A DNA stretch of 64,000 nucleotides from Macrostomum hystrix (Eukaryota > Animalia > Platyhelminthes), in the NCBI GenBank assembly GCA_950097015.1, contig CATNEN010000011.1, forward strand, positions 558,001 to 622,000. The letters are read 5' to 3'. This document shows, in pieces, positions 35,001-47,052 of this stretch; the first letter of the stretch is position 1; each line of letters starts with the position of its first letter. Position numbers and translations under genes: made by a program. Below the pieces are notes generated by a model, which was given only the letters and a program-made list of their open reading frames with translations, did no database searches and was not told the DNA's origin.

Positions 35001-38000
35001 ACATTACATGATTTGCACGTATTAATGCATGCTTGATACATGTTTTTGCACGTGCGTAGTATCCCGTTTTCTAAACATTATCCCAATAAACTTTAGGTCA
35101 ACGTTAAAAATCATTGCCTAAAACCAAATATTATTGGAACTATCTTTCCTTCTTCTAATTTTTTTAGTTTTCCATTTTTTAGAAAAATTGAAAATAAGAA
35201 TAACAATCGGATTTTCACGCAAATAGTATATAATCATGTTAAGATAAAGAACGAGCCCGTAGTATGATTACTTTTTTAACTGTGTTAGTTAGGATTTATT
35301 TAATTTTTAATTTCAGAAAAATGTTATTCTTTTATTTCTCCGGATTTTCACATGCTGAGTGATAAACAACACAGAAAGCAATATACAAAGCTTACACACA
35401 TGGAAAGTACAGAATATTTATTATGCAATTGGATGCAAAGCGAAAAACATGTAAATCTACAGCTAAGTTTTATTAATTATAACGAATATAGCTATTTACT
35501 ATAAACCTAAGATTATTAAATGTCGCATCATAATAACAAAAACTTACAAGTTATTATATTAAATAGGCTCTGAATCAAAACATCTGTAGTAGTGAACAAA
35601 TTTATATCACTATAAATAGGTAGCAGAGCATAATTTAAGTTTAATTTAATGTAATTGTGACAGTGTCGTATGTTATAGAAAGGAAATATTTATAAGCATT
35701 TGCTAATCTAATTGTCTATATTCGATTGCAAGAAAAGCGATGTGTACTTATACTTCTGTAAAACTACCTAACAAGAACAAAAAAACAAAAATAGCTGGTT
35801 TGACCTTGAAAGCGATAATTTTACAATTAAGAAATTATTTTAGAATTTCTAAGGACACGGTTTACACTCCGAAAAAACGAGCTCGTTCATGCATTAAAGG
35901 TTCATATTTACTCCCCGCTTCGATGCTCTTCATATTTCTCTTAAGTCCAAGACCGAAAATCTCGTAGTTTACGAATTTTCAAGAAAAAAACAATAAAGCT
36001 TTTTGTGCGCAAGAAGGACTAGAGAAAAGAAGTATAATATTTTTTCCTCAATTTGTTTTTTATTCATATTTTTTATAAAAATAAATATAGTGAGACTGTT
36101 TAATTACTGGAAATTGATTCTTAATCTAACGCTTAATTATGATTTGTCGAAATTTAAAACAAAAACTTACGATTTTTACATTGTAAGTGTTCATGCAAAT
36201 TAACAAAAATGACATCTTTTTGATAATGAACAATATTAATTGTTTCATTAAAGTAAAATTTAAATTTGCCTGTTTGCATTGCAACCAAAGTTTACTTAAT
36301 CAGCGTGAATGTTTTTTACTGCCGCAATAATTTCTCTGATGCTTTCCAAAGTAAACACGCGGTTGCTATGGCCGCCTAGAGTGACTAATACAGCAATACT
36401 GAACAAACTGATCAAGCCAATCAGAATACGGGAATCTGGTGTCGCGGTGTGCCGACCAAATCGTCGTCCAGAGTGAGCAACACCATGAAGGAGAAGAAAA
36501 GGCTCATGGCTGACAGAAAGTGCCAGATGTCGTGCACATCGTAGAAGCCAACCAATAGACAGCGCTGATTCAGAGCCCTTGACTCGGCGGGGCTGTTGGC
36601 CCAATTGCTGGGCCGTTGCATGAAGAAGTACAGACCGGCAGCCCAGGACACGCACGAGGCTGCCACGAACAATGTGGGCAGCAGTCTGATTCTCTCGCCG
36701 CTTCTTACCTTCATGACAACGTAGAAGGCAATGTACATCAGCAGGTTGACTAGGAAGATGTACAACAGGAAGCTGTTGAAGTCCTGCGGTTGGCGAACGG
36801 CTCCGTAGATTGCTATGGCCCAGTTGATGAGGTTGGCGGTCACCAGAATCACCATGCGGTCTTTGTACATCGGCTTGAAACACCCGATACCCTGACTAGT
36901 GATGAGGAGGTAGAACCGTCTGACTAGTCCCACGTTCACCTTCCAGTGTCCCATGTAGTAGACTTCGCCTGCGACAGTGAAAATTCGGATTATTGAATTT
37001 AAATACAGTGGGGTAGAAAGAAGAGATTGGGGGTAGAAAGAAGAGATTTGGCGTAGAAAGAAGAGAGTGGGGTAGAAAGAAGAGAATGGGGGTAGAAAGA
37101 AGAGAGTGGGGTAGAAAGAAGAGAATGGGGGTAGAAAGAAGAGAGTGGGGGTAGAAAGAAAAGAGTGGGGGTAGAAAGAAGAGAGCAGGGAGAAAATTGT
37201 AGAATATGCTAATCTGCCAATTATTACCTACTGCTCACTATCACGCAGCTGAATTGAGGTCAGCAATATCATGAACACTTTAAACTGCTCACGAAATCTG
37301 AGGCGCCAAAGTTTTTCTTGCTCAGTTGAGCACAGAAATTAAAGTCTGTCTTCTTTCTCGGCTTTCTCTCCTCTCAGTTTAGCCAAACAATATATACCGC
37401 TCCGAGATGGAGCAAGTTTAATACTTGCGATCCCGCACTCGACTATGCTCCACTGAGCACAGTTCTGATGAGGCGCTTCGAGTGGCTGATGCTCCAAGAG
37501 CTATTCCTGCAGCTTTTTAAAGCTTCTTTCCCTTATTTCTTATGGCATCTATAAATAGACAGTATATACACAATATGCTGTATATAAACCTATTGCTTGC
37601 TTTGTCGCCTTTATCGCTTTACCGAGTACATCACCATGTCTCATCTCTCCCCTGTCTCATCCCTCCCCTGTCTCATCTCTCCCCTGTCTCATCTCTCCCC
37701 TGTCTCATCTCTCCCCTGTCTCATCTCTCCCCTGTATCATCTCTCCCGTGTCTCATCTCTCCCCTGTCTCATCTCTCCCCTGTCTCATCTCTCCCCTGTC
37801 TCATCTCTCCGCTGTCTCATCTCTCCCCTGTATCATCTCTCCCGTGTCTCATCTCTCCCCTGTCTCATCTCTCCCCTGTCTCATCTCTCCCCTGTATCAT
37901 CTCTCCCGTGTCTCATCTCTCCGCTGTCTCATCTCTCCGCTGTCTCATCTCTCCGCTGTCTCATCTCTCCGCTGTCTCATCTCTCCCCTGTATCATCTCT

Positions 38001-41000
38001 CCCCTGTCTCATCTCTCCCCTGTCTCATCTCTCCCCTGTATCATCTCTCCGCTGTCTCATCTCTCCGCTGTCTCATCTCTCCCCTGTATCATCTCTCCCC
38101 TGTCTCATCTCTCCCCTGTCTCATCTCTCCCCTGTATCATCTCTCCGCTGTCTCATCTCTCCGCTGTCTCATCTCTCACCTGTATCATCTCTCCCGTGTC
38201 TCATCTCTCCCCTGTCTCATCTCTCCGCTGTCTCATCTCTCCGCTGTCTCATCTCCCCCCTGTCTCATCTCTCCCGTGTCTCATCTCTCCGCTGTCTCAT
38301 CTCTCCGCTGTCTCATCTCTCCCCTGTATCATCTCTCCCCTGTCTCATCTCTCCCCTGTCTCATCTCTCCCCTGTATCATCTCTCCGCTGTCTCATCTCT
38401 CCGCTGTCTCATCTCTCCCCTGTATCATCTCTCCCCTGTCTCATCTCTCCCCTGTCTCATCTCTCCCCTGTATCATCTCTCCGCTGTCTCATCTCTCCGC
38501 TGTCTCATCTCTCACCTGTATCATCTCTCCCGTGTCTCATCTCTCCCGTGTCTCATCTCTCCCCTGTCTCATCTCTCCCCTGTCTCATCTCTCCCCTGTA
38601 TCATCTCTCCCGTGTCTCATCTCTCCGCTGTCTCATCTCTCCGCTGTCTCATCTCTCCCCTGTATCATCTCTCCCCTGTCTCATCTCTCCCCTGTCTCAT
38701 CTCTCCCCTGTATCATCTCTCCGCTGTCTCATCTCTCCGCTGTCTCATCTCTCCCCTGTATCATCTCTCCCCTGTCTCATCTCTCCCCTGTCTCATCTCT
38801 CCCCTGTATCATCTCTCCGCTGTCTCATCTCTCCGCTGTCTCATCTCTCACCTGTATCATCTCTCCCGTGTCTCATCTCTCCCCTGTCTCATCTCTCCGC
38901 TGTCTCATCTCTCCGCTGTCTCATCTCCCCCCTGTCTCATCTCTGCCTGTCTTGTCTTATCTCTCTTCTGTCTTATATTTTACTTGTCTCATCTCTCGAT
39001 CACATGTCTCATCTCTCCTACATCTTATATCTCACTTGTCTTATCTCTCCCCTGTCTTATCTCTCCCCTTGTTTCATCTCCATCTGTCTCATCTCTCCCC
39101 TTGTCTACTCTCACCTTTGTCTTATCTCTCACCTACTTAATCTCTCTACAGTCAATGCGGCATGTTGATACCGTTTTAATTCTCTCTTTAGCCATTAAGT
39201 AAAGTAAGGTTGCCAACCCCTTCTTATTAATTAACTTCAGCCTTTTATAGAAGACTGTTATATACTCGTATATTCGTGCAAGCACGATAAAGCTTTACAC
39301 AAGCATTGCTAAACCTTCTGTGAGAGCTCCCCAAAATCAGAATCGCCAACTTTGTCACCATTGTGAAAGGTAATCAGGAAGGAAGCTAGATTCAAAGTCG
39401 AGAACGGATACACTGAGCCTTCTATTCTCCCCTTCAATGGCATAGAGTGACTCGCAATACACCGTGTCGGTTCCTTTTTAAAATATGCAAGAAAAATCTG
39501 AGAGAGAAATTCAACATCGATAAATTCAACTTATTTTCTGTTCGCCTAAGAAAAGTAGTTTTTTAACTCATAAAATCTACTTGCCAGGGTTAGGAAGAGT
39601 AATTTTTCAGACTACAGATATTTTATTGATCTAAAAAACTAGCCAACCCTGTTTATTGGAGACATTCAACTATTAGTAAAGTCCTTGTGCTTCTTTGGCA
39701 CAAGAAATGAATTTTTTGAAGCCAGAAATTAGCTTAGAGACTAAATAACGAAGGAACGGAGAAAGAGAGTTAGAGCTCAGAGAGGCGAGTCGAAAATACC
39801 AAAAATTGAAAATTTGTTTAGCATTATGAGTGGTTCTAAAAAATCTATAGTTCTATACCAGAGCGGGAGTGAGCACCTCAGTGCACTGACTGGTAAGTAC
39901 AATGGGGAGGTGGAAGAGACAGCGAGTGACTCAAACGAGTCCCCACTGACAACAAGTGCTGATCAAATATGTTTCGTCAAAAAAAGTTGTATAAGATCCT
40001 TCGAATTCAGGGAAATTTCTATTCTATGAAAAATGGCAATCGGAAACTGTTTTAAGGATTAATCGGATCCAATCTGTCATAAACGATTTCTTAAGTACCC
40101 CCAGTCTGGTTGGGTCACGTATCTTGTGTGTGTGCGAAGTCTCTTAGAAAATGGTTCTGCTCTCCTACCTTTTTCTTTGGAATTTTTTTTATAACCTAAA
40201 TGTGCTTGCTATTTTATTTTTTCACTTTTAAATCTAAAACACGAATGACACAACAAATAATGAGTACAGTGGTCTAGACTATAATTGATGGAGCTTTTTT
40301 CAATAATTCTGCTAATCGGTTGTCTCAGAGGGACCTCATGGCTCGTTTCCAACTTGTACTTTTATATTTCTCTCTCTGGCTTCATCCAAGCACAATTTTC
40401 GCTAAATTCTACAAAATTCTCCAATTATGACCATCTCAAGTGGAACTCTGAGAAATATATATCACCAACCAAAACTTTCACTATTTCTGTGATTTTCATA
40501 TTGATATAAATTATAGCTAACTTAGTCGGGCAAAATCTCAATTAGAGACCTTTAGATTTAATAAGCTTAAACTAATGCGCTCAAGAAAACGTCAAAAGTA
40601 CTAATCTCACCTGTCAAAAAGAGGCTGGACAGGATGAAAAATATGGTAAAAGCGGCCCAGAAGAACGTAGTACCATAGACTACGCCAACCACGCTGACGA
40701 AGATAACGATGGCCATTGCCATGCAAGCCACGTGCGCCGAAGCGTTGATGTCCGGGTGCCTGGTCTGGTAGATCTTCAGCATGCACAGCACTGCCAGCAC
40801 GTACATATAAGCCGTGTCGAACTGGAAGTTTGAGTAGCTCGGACAGACATGATAGCAGCCGGACATGACGCCCTCCATGATCAGCGCAATGCCCATGGCG
40901 TAGAAGATACCAAAGTGCTGCGGAATGCCTCGAAGGCGATCCTCAGCGTCCGCCTCGCCGTTGTCAGGGGCTACCGCAGCCGCAGCCGCTGCCGCATTCC

Positions 41001-44000
41001 TGCGCTGCTTGTCTAGCAAGTCTCGACGCCTTGTTAAACCGAGAAACAGCAGGCCTAGAAGGACGTAGCCGACATTTGAGAAGACATTGTTGAATGCTGA
41101 GATCACACCAAGCGGGTGGGCGCAGTAGAAGTTGTAGTAGCAGATGTCCTGATTGCCGCTGATTCGCAGGATCTGCTGGTAGGTGATGACCAGCTGCACC
41201 ACAGGCAGGCCGTAGAATATGCTGACGATGATCAGGTACCAATAGTACAGGCGGTACTTATTGCGTAGCACAGCCGGCCGCTTCTGGCACAGGTCCGACA
41301 CAAACAGACTGTGCGGCTTCCCGTCGTCGTCTTCGAAGCCGTCATTATTGGTGTCGACGAATCGGTGTCGCAGACTGCTGGTTTTGCGATCGACATCCTC
41401 GCTGCCGCTGCCGACATCGTCGGTGTCGCCGTCCAAATCAGCGTCAGTTTCAGAGCGTGGATGCTGCAATGAGACTCGATCGCCAACAGCTTCAGTCGGC
41501 TTGCCATCAGCCGTGCTGCCGTAGGTGCCCGCGGCTGGGGTCTCAGCTGGCGCAGCCTTGCTCGAGGATGGCGCCTTGTCATTGAGCCGCTGTCTGCTGC
41601 CTTCCGCGGTGCCGTCGCCGCTTCGACCGCTTTCCAGGCACGGGCAGCAGGGTCCGATTTTGGCGCACGCCGCTTGATCTGCTTCGCCGGTGAACTTCCA
41701 GTGCACGAGCAGAATGATGAGCGCCACGAGGTAAAATGCGACGAAGAAGGCGATGGCGCCGAACACCGGTAGAAAATACTGGCCGCTCTCCAGCGACTGC
41801 TTCACGATGAAAGTGAACGACTTGCTGGTGAGTGACGCCTCTCCGGTGGTGCCTCGAACCTCCGTTGCATTGGCCAGAGCGTCTTCAACTGCCCTGGCGT
41901 CCATGTTGCTAGTGGCTGGTACTCCTGGCGCTTTGGGCTGCAGATCCTTCAGCCGGGTGAAGCTGCAGTGCTGCTGGGATGGCTTCATCACGAAGACGAT
42001 GTAGAAGTTTTCGTCCTCGAAATCTTGCCGACCAACCGTGATCTCCGCCTTGGTAGACATTGTCTGGTAGACTCCGGTAAACTCGACGTTGCGCACCAGA
42101 TCGTAGACTGGGCAGCCAACAGACTGGGCGCTGACAATCATGCAGGCTGTGTCATTCGACTCAACGACGATTGACAGGTGTCGCACCCCAGGTGGAAACG
42201 CCACCCGGTAGTACTTGGGACGCGAGGGCGTCAGGGACTCGCGGTAATGCTGGCCAACACGAAGCAGGAAAGTCTGCACCAGAGTCACATTCAGCAGGAA
42301 CGGTACCGAGCGAGCGCTGGCGCTTGACACGTCAATGTAGATGGTCTGGTTCTTGTCCACGGCGCCCTTTGATGCTCGCTCCACCGGGCAGAGGGTCCTG
42401 GCAACTTCGCTGTAGTAGTACTCGTTTTCGAGAATTTCGGGCACTTGGAAGGACAGAATCGAGCGCTGCTGCCTGATGACAAACAGAACTGGATAATCGC
42501 GTCTAGCGGTGGAGCTCACGACATGCACACGAACAGCCTGAGTAACGTTGGCCTTCTCAACGAAGCTAAACACGTACAAATAGTTGATTGAGCTGCTCAC
42601 ATCGCCGCGGTAAACTTCGCCAAATCGGCCGCTGACCTGCTTCACCGCGGACAGCATTTGACAGTTAACTGTCAATGCCAATGCCGCCAAAAATGTCACC
42701 GTGAGACACATGCCGGGCAACATTGTTTTGTTGTTTTTATCTGCTTCACGAGTCGGTCCAGGTAGCTAAGAGATTCATTCTATTATAGAATTTTCTGGCA
42801 TTCAACTTATGCGTTGTTGTTTTCCGCTTTTCCGCCCCGCTGTTGCTTGTCGCTTGTGTTCTTATTTGCCGGTCAGACCACCTGAATTCGAGCACGATTG
42901 AGCACAATAAACCTTGAGTTTCCAGCGCTATATTGTTGTGGGCCCGGAAAATTCTTTCTCTATCTCGACTGTACTGAGCTGCACGCACGCCAAGTGTAAT
43001 TAATTATGGAAATTATGTTGGGCCACGGGACTCGGAGTGGTCTAAAAGTTATTTTTATATGTCAGCTACGGCTCAGTGGCTTGTTATATCATTTATTAAC
43101 TACCCCTTACCGCTGGTTGGCCGGAACACTCCTCTCACCGTCACCGCCCTATCCTTACAATCAATTCTGCCTTGCCTCTCTGTCTGTCCCTTACATTGGC
43201 CTTAAGAACCAACCCCTCCTACACAATGCACCAAGTAGCGTTGAGAATATAGTGCTGGATTGAGGCAAACGACTCAATTGGAGGGTTGGGTTAGGGTTGG
43301 TGTGCGCATGACCCGTGCTGATGTGAAGAGAGAGAGAGAATGCAGAAACGGGCAGCTATCTAGAGTGCCATTTTCGTCTGGTTGTTCAATAATTCTATAT
43401 TTTTAATCCCTCTATATGGCTTTAGAGATGGAAGTGGCTGACTCCATCTCATCAGGCCATCAACTCGTCCTATCCATGCCTCTATCCACTTCCATACCCT
43501 ATACTCATCCTAGAGCTCATTCCAGACTTACGCCTATTATAATGCGATTCTTATATTAAGCCTTTTAACGTTGGTTAGTTAAATCCTCAGTTTACTGAAA
43601 TAGGCGCCTTCAAGATACAGACATCCTATCTGATTGGTGGCTTTAGTAATCGTACTAATCCTATAGTTAACTGTTAGGTCTAATCGATTATCAACTAAGT
43701 AATTAAGGAAAACACGAGTAGACTTGTTTACTCAAAACTGTCCTACATCCAGCATTTTACCTGGAATTGATGAGACGATTGCAAGCCACGTGACAGATCC
43801 AATTTTATGAATGAATAATGTGGTTACACTAGGGTGCCAAAGCACGGTAGCTGTAGGGTTTTTAGATACGCCGTCTTTTTTAGTTAGTTTTTTTACAATT
43901 TTTAGGATACATTCTCTAGAGACTATTTTATAATATGCAATTAGTCTCAAAAGGTTCCGTTCAACATCAATATCAATAGATGCAGGCAAGGAAAAAGTGC

Positions 44001-47000
44001 ACAAATTCCATTTTTACTAGTTCTTACTCTCTCGAGATCTCTTCTTAAGCCTTTCGCGAAAAATACTATCTGAACGTGTTGGAAATTCCTAGCCTAGTTA
44101 GCCAGTCCGAACTTCCTCCACACCGCATGCCACACTGACAAATAAGAAGTCATCTTCTGCAATTCTCTGTGGATTTCAACTCTAAAAGTGCATTCCTGGT
44201 TGGCCTTATAGTCCGAGGATTAGCTATCAACTACACCTACAACAGTTCGGTTAACTATCCTAGGCCCCCATTTATTATATGCACATGGCTGTTAATTTTG
44301 AAAATCCGAAAGTAATGCCTCCATTGCTACAACAGTTGTTTTAGGCAACAATTTCGAAATTTAGCAATACTCGTAGACAACATTTTCGAAACTATAAAAT
44401 CGACAAATATACGAGCACTTGAGCACTGCGCAGCCCTGAAGGGCGAGGAACGTGCCAATTGAACGTTTATTTCGTGTCCCGGCCGATTGCATAAATCGTT
44501 TTACTGTCTGTGGCATTATCCTATTCACAAAGCGTTGAAGAGAAAAAACAGAAATAAAGACGCAATAATATACCATTAATACCCATGCTTTAAGGGCGTT
44601 AATGGAAAATCAAAGGGCGCCGTTAGGCGCCCGAGGATTTTTCAAAGACGCCCGCAAAGCTTGGGTATCAATTTTATTGTACCATAGACGTTTTTGCCAA
44701 AGCTATACTTTCAGAGTCAGAGACGGGGGTGTGGGGCAGAGCCCCCACTTCGGGGTGCCATAGACATTTTAGCCTCAGTAAGCCATTCCTATTGGTCGAT
44801 GCCTTTTTGCGGGCGGTTAATGGCTATTAACTGCCCGCAAGAAAATTACCGAGCATTAATTCATCTATGGCCATTAACGGGCAAGACTTTCTGCCGGTTG
44901 GTGGGCAAAAATATCATGGTACACTGCTATTAATATAGTAATATATGTGTAATATGTGTAATTGATTACACGTGCCCCAATAGCCGACAGCACAGCCGCA
45001 GCTATTGCGCGGCGCATCTGAAGGCTGCGTACGGCTGTTCAGTCCATGGACTGGGGAGACGCTACGCTCAATTACTCCAGCTAATGCTGATACCTACTTA
45101 ACAGCTTAGTGAACTCAAGCAATGTATATTTTAGTTTTTTTGCTAAAGGACACAAAGTGTTCCAGTGGAGTCGGGAATCGAACCCCCACTTTCAATTCGT
45201 GAGTTCGACTAACCTCTGGCGCCAACCCCGCTGGCGTGTTTTTACTGGCGTGTTGGTCTGAGACACTTAAAAAGACGTAAAGTACAGACTACGTCACAAT
45301 GTACCCGACGCGCACAATGTACACGCACACGTAATTCAGTGGTTTGCAAAATGTACTAATACTTTAAACATTGCTACAATAAGCCAAACAAGATATAGAA
45401 TTCATTTCTCAAAAATTTGTCACCAATTTTTCCCAAATAATTTTATTAAGCCATAGCTGTGCCAGTGGGATCAAAAAATTCTATATTTCATTCCTTCATG
45501 TTTTATGTTCATCTTCTCGGCTCTAGCGTAGTTTGAGCTAATTTTCTAATAGAGTTTTTATTGGCCTAGCAGCATCGGCCAAATGTAGCTTTATTGCGTC
45601 TCTCTTTTGGACGAGGCAAAGTTATTGAATTATCCAATTAGTCGCCAATTCGTGGCTTAGAATGTCAGGAGAACACGGATTTTATAAAAATAAGGTAACC
45701 ACATTGCGATCTAATACAAATTATCAATACTGGTCCCGTTGAAAGTGACAGCCTTTTGTTGCTATATTTAGAAAATGGCGGGGAACCCCTTTTCAAACCA
45801 CCCGAGCCACATTGCGCGTGAACTAATGTAGCCAATGGAATTTTGACAACATTTTAGCCTACTGACAATACTCAACCTCGCCCTGTCCATCGACTAGACG
45901 CGTCGCGATTCGCCGTCGCCGCCTAGGGCCACGCCGCCGCAGCCGGCAGCTGCCACCGTCGCCGCTGTCGCCTTCGAAGACGCCGGCTACGACTACGCTG
46001 ACGGCTACGGCTACGGCCAGACAGACGGCGGACTGATCCGAACCTCGGCATTTCTCAACCCGGCCGCGGCGGGCAAACCGCTGCCCATCAGCCGAGAGAC
46101 CACCGCGCGCGAACTGGCCCGCCGTGCCTATATGCGGGGCCTGAATCCGTCTCACTATGGCGTTGCTATGGAAAATTATGAGGACGAAATGGCGCCAGCT
46201 GAGCTGGTTGCTAGGCATCCAGGTGTGCCGCCGGGGGTTGGACGACCCACCAAGGGTGGCAAGGTGAGCCAATGGGGTCAATGGGATCAGTGGTGTTTGC
46301 AGAGCAGGGTTTTGGGGTGAGCATTTCTATATTTAGAGCTTGAATATGAATGACGTATAACTGTCAACAACTGTTTTTCCGATAATGTGATATAACCAGG
46401 TCACATGACATTGTTTCTAAAAATTGCATTTCTAAAAGTAAATCAGTGATGACTAATTCCCAAAAAAGATTAATATCCATATCTTCGATTTCCCTGAACT
46501 ATTACTTTAAGTAGCTCGTTGAGCATGCTGTATGATTTTAATGCACTCTACAAACCCTGTACAGATTTCATAAGGCCGTCAGCCGAGAAAAATATGTAAT
46601 GTGAATACGATGCAAAAAAAATTCTCCTCAAAAACCGCTGATTGTGTCCACAATGAGGCTCGTAAAAGGCTAAAATTGCACTATAGAGAATATATCGAGT
46701 TTCTTGCATTAAAACTATAATGGGACCACTCAGAACTTCTGACCTCTCGGCTTAGGAGTTCGAGGCTATGGCCAGTGGACTTGTAAAACAAGTTGTGTGC
46801 TGTGAAAATATGTTTACTACTGCAATCCTTGAAGGTTGCTAAGCTCGTCTTATGAAGTTATCTTTATAATTATCTACTTTGCTCTAATCAAATTCCTCAT
46901 CAATTGCTTCCCAGGACCCCATATTTCATCCGGGACTGGTGAAGGATTCGCCGACTTCGCGACAGGACGCCATCATGCTACAGCTGTCAACAATTCGCCA

Positions 47001-47052
47001 GGGCCTGCTAGACAAACAGAAAGAGATTGAAACATCATTGTCAGTCAGTTAA
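29083..47052 (+). CDS. CCDC66: CCDC66-like centriolar-satellite/ciliary coiled-coil protein, ~1000 aa
   Basis: Exons 29083-29143, 29257-29535, 30693-31063, 31278-31552, 32015-32576, 33182-33282, 33381-33615, 34043-34660 (tandem acceptors 34034-34043), 45898-46263, 46915-47052; phases consistent, 3006 nt. Motifs LTETQLKAILQSV, YDPWGRPGAGAP, RELEYQAALMAQAEERR and C-terminal QDAIMLQLSTIRQGLLDKQKEIETSL match recalled CCDC66 motifs. Confidence 0.8.
29582..29889. mobile_element. MITE with ~22-bp TIRs
   Basis: AGGTCGATCCTCGAACCAAACC ... GGTTTGGTTTGAGGATTGACCT, plus inner IR AGAAACGCCGAG/CTCGGCGTTTCT. Confidence 0.7.
29895..30558. mobile_element. Degenerate non-autonomous DNA element with GTAAC/GTTAC subterminal repeats (hAT-like)
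   Basis: CAGTGTTAGGCGTGTTAC... versus ...GTAACGAGAAACGCTCCCAACATT; clustered GTAACG/CGTTAC at both ends. Confidence 0.5.
31640..31945. repeat. 21-bp minisatellite
   Basis: Unit AACAGGTTAGCATCTTCGACT; 5-6 perfect copies plus degenerate flanks. Confidence 0.9.
33611..33970 (+). mobile_element. SINE family B, copy 3; forms most of CCDC66-like intron 7
   Basis: Aligns end to end with 10106-10453; its head GGGGGGTGAGTGAC contains the splice donor at 33616. Confidence 0.8.
36421..42723 (-). CDS. SIDT: SID-1 transmembrane family protein (SIDT1/2, CHUP-1-like), ~886 aa
   Basis: Two exons, 42723-40611 and 36968-36421 (phase-1 GT-AG intron), 2661 nt. Signal peptide; CYYNFYCAHP..AFNNVFSNVGY, SGCYHVCPSYSNFQFDT, FYDVHDIWHFLSA, LLTLDDDL. 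Confidence 0.95.
37007..37190. repeat. 19-20-bp purine-rich minisatellite
   Basis: Unit GGGGTAGAAAGAAGAGAGT, ~9 copies next to the SIDT acceptor. Confidence 0.9.
37636..39150. repeat. 16-bp pyrimidine-rich satellite (~82 core units to 38945, degenerate tail)
   Basis: Unit CTGT(C/A)TCATCTCTCC(C/G); produces three spurious ~500-aa ORFs. Confidence 0.97.
44757..44871. mobile_element. Short CCATAGA-ended MITE-like element
   Basis: GCCATAGAC...TCTATGGC with inner hairpin GCGGGCGGTTAAT..ATTAACTGCCCGC. Confidence 0.45.
44973..45217 (-). mobile_element. SINE family A copy
   Basis: Reverse complement has GGTTCGATTCC, TGCTTGAGTTCACTAAGCTGTTAAG and CCCCAGTCCATGGACTGAACAGCC...CAGATGCGCCGCGCAATAGCTGCGGC. 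Confidence 0.78.

Noticed and set aside
37455-37500. Hammerhead ribozyme core (CTGATGAG)
   Set aside because: No GAAA after stem II and no stem I/III partners.
37542-39202. Three ~500-aa plus-strand ORFs (LSHLSPVSSLPCLISP repeats)
   Set aside because: Read-through of a stop-free 16-bp satellite in all three frames; intronic.
40964-42482. Overlapping ORFs within SIDT, and similar antisense ORFs in other GC-rich exons (e.g. 9069..9620, 21437..21970, 31989..32570, 54070..54756)
   Set aside because: Shadow or alternate-frame ORFs caused by codon bias; no independent motifs.
43285-43302. Telomeric repeat
   Set aside because: Single TTAGGG with degenerate neighbours; too short.
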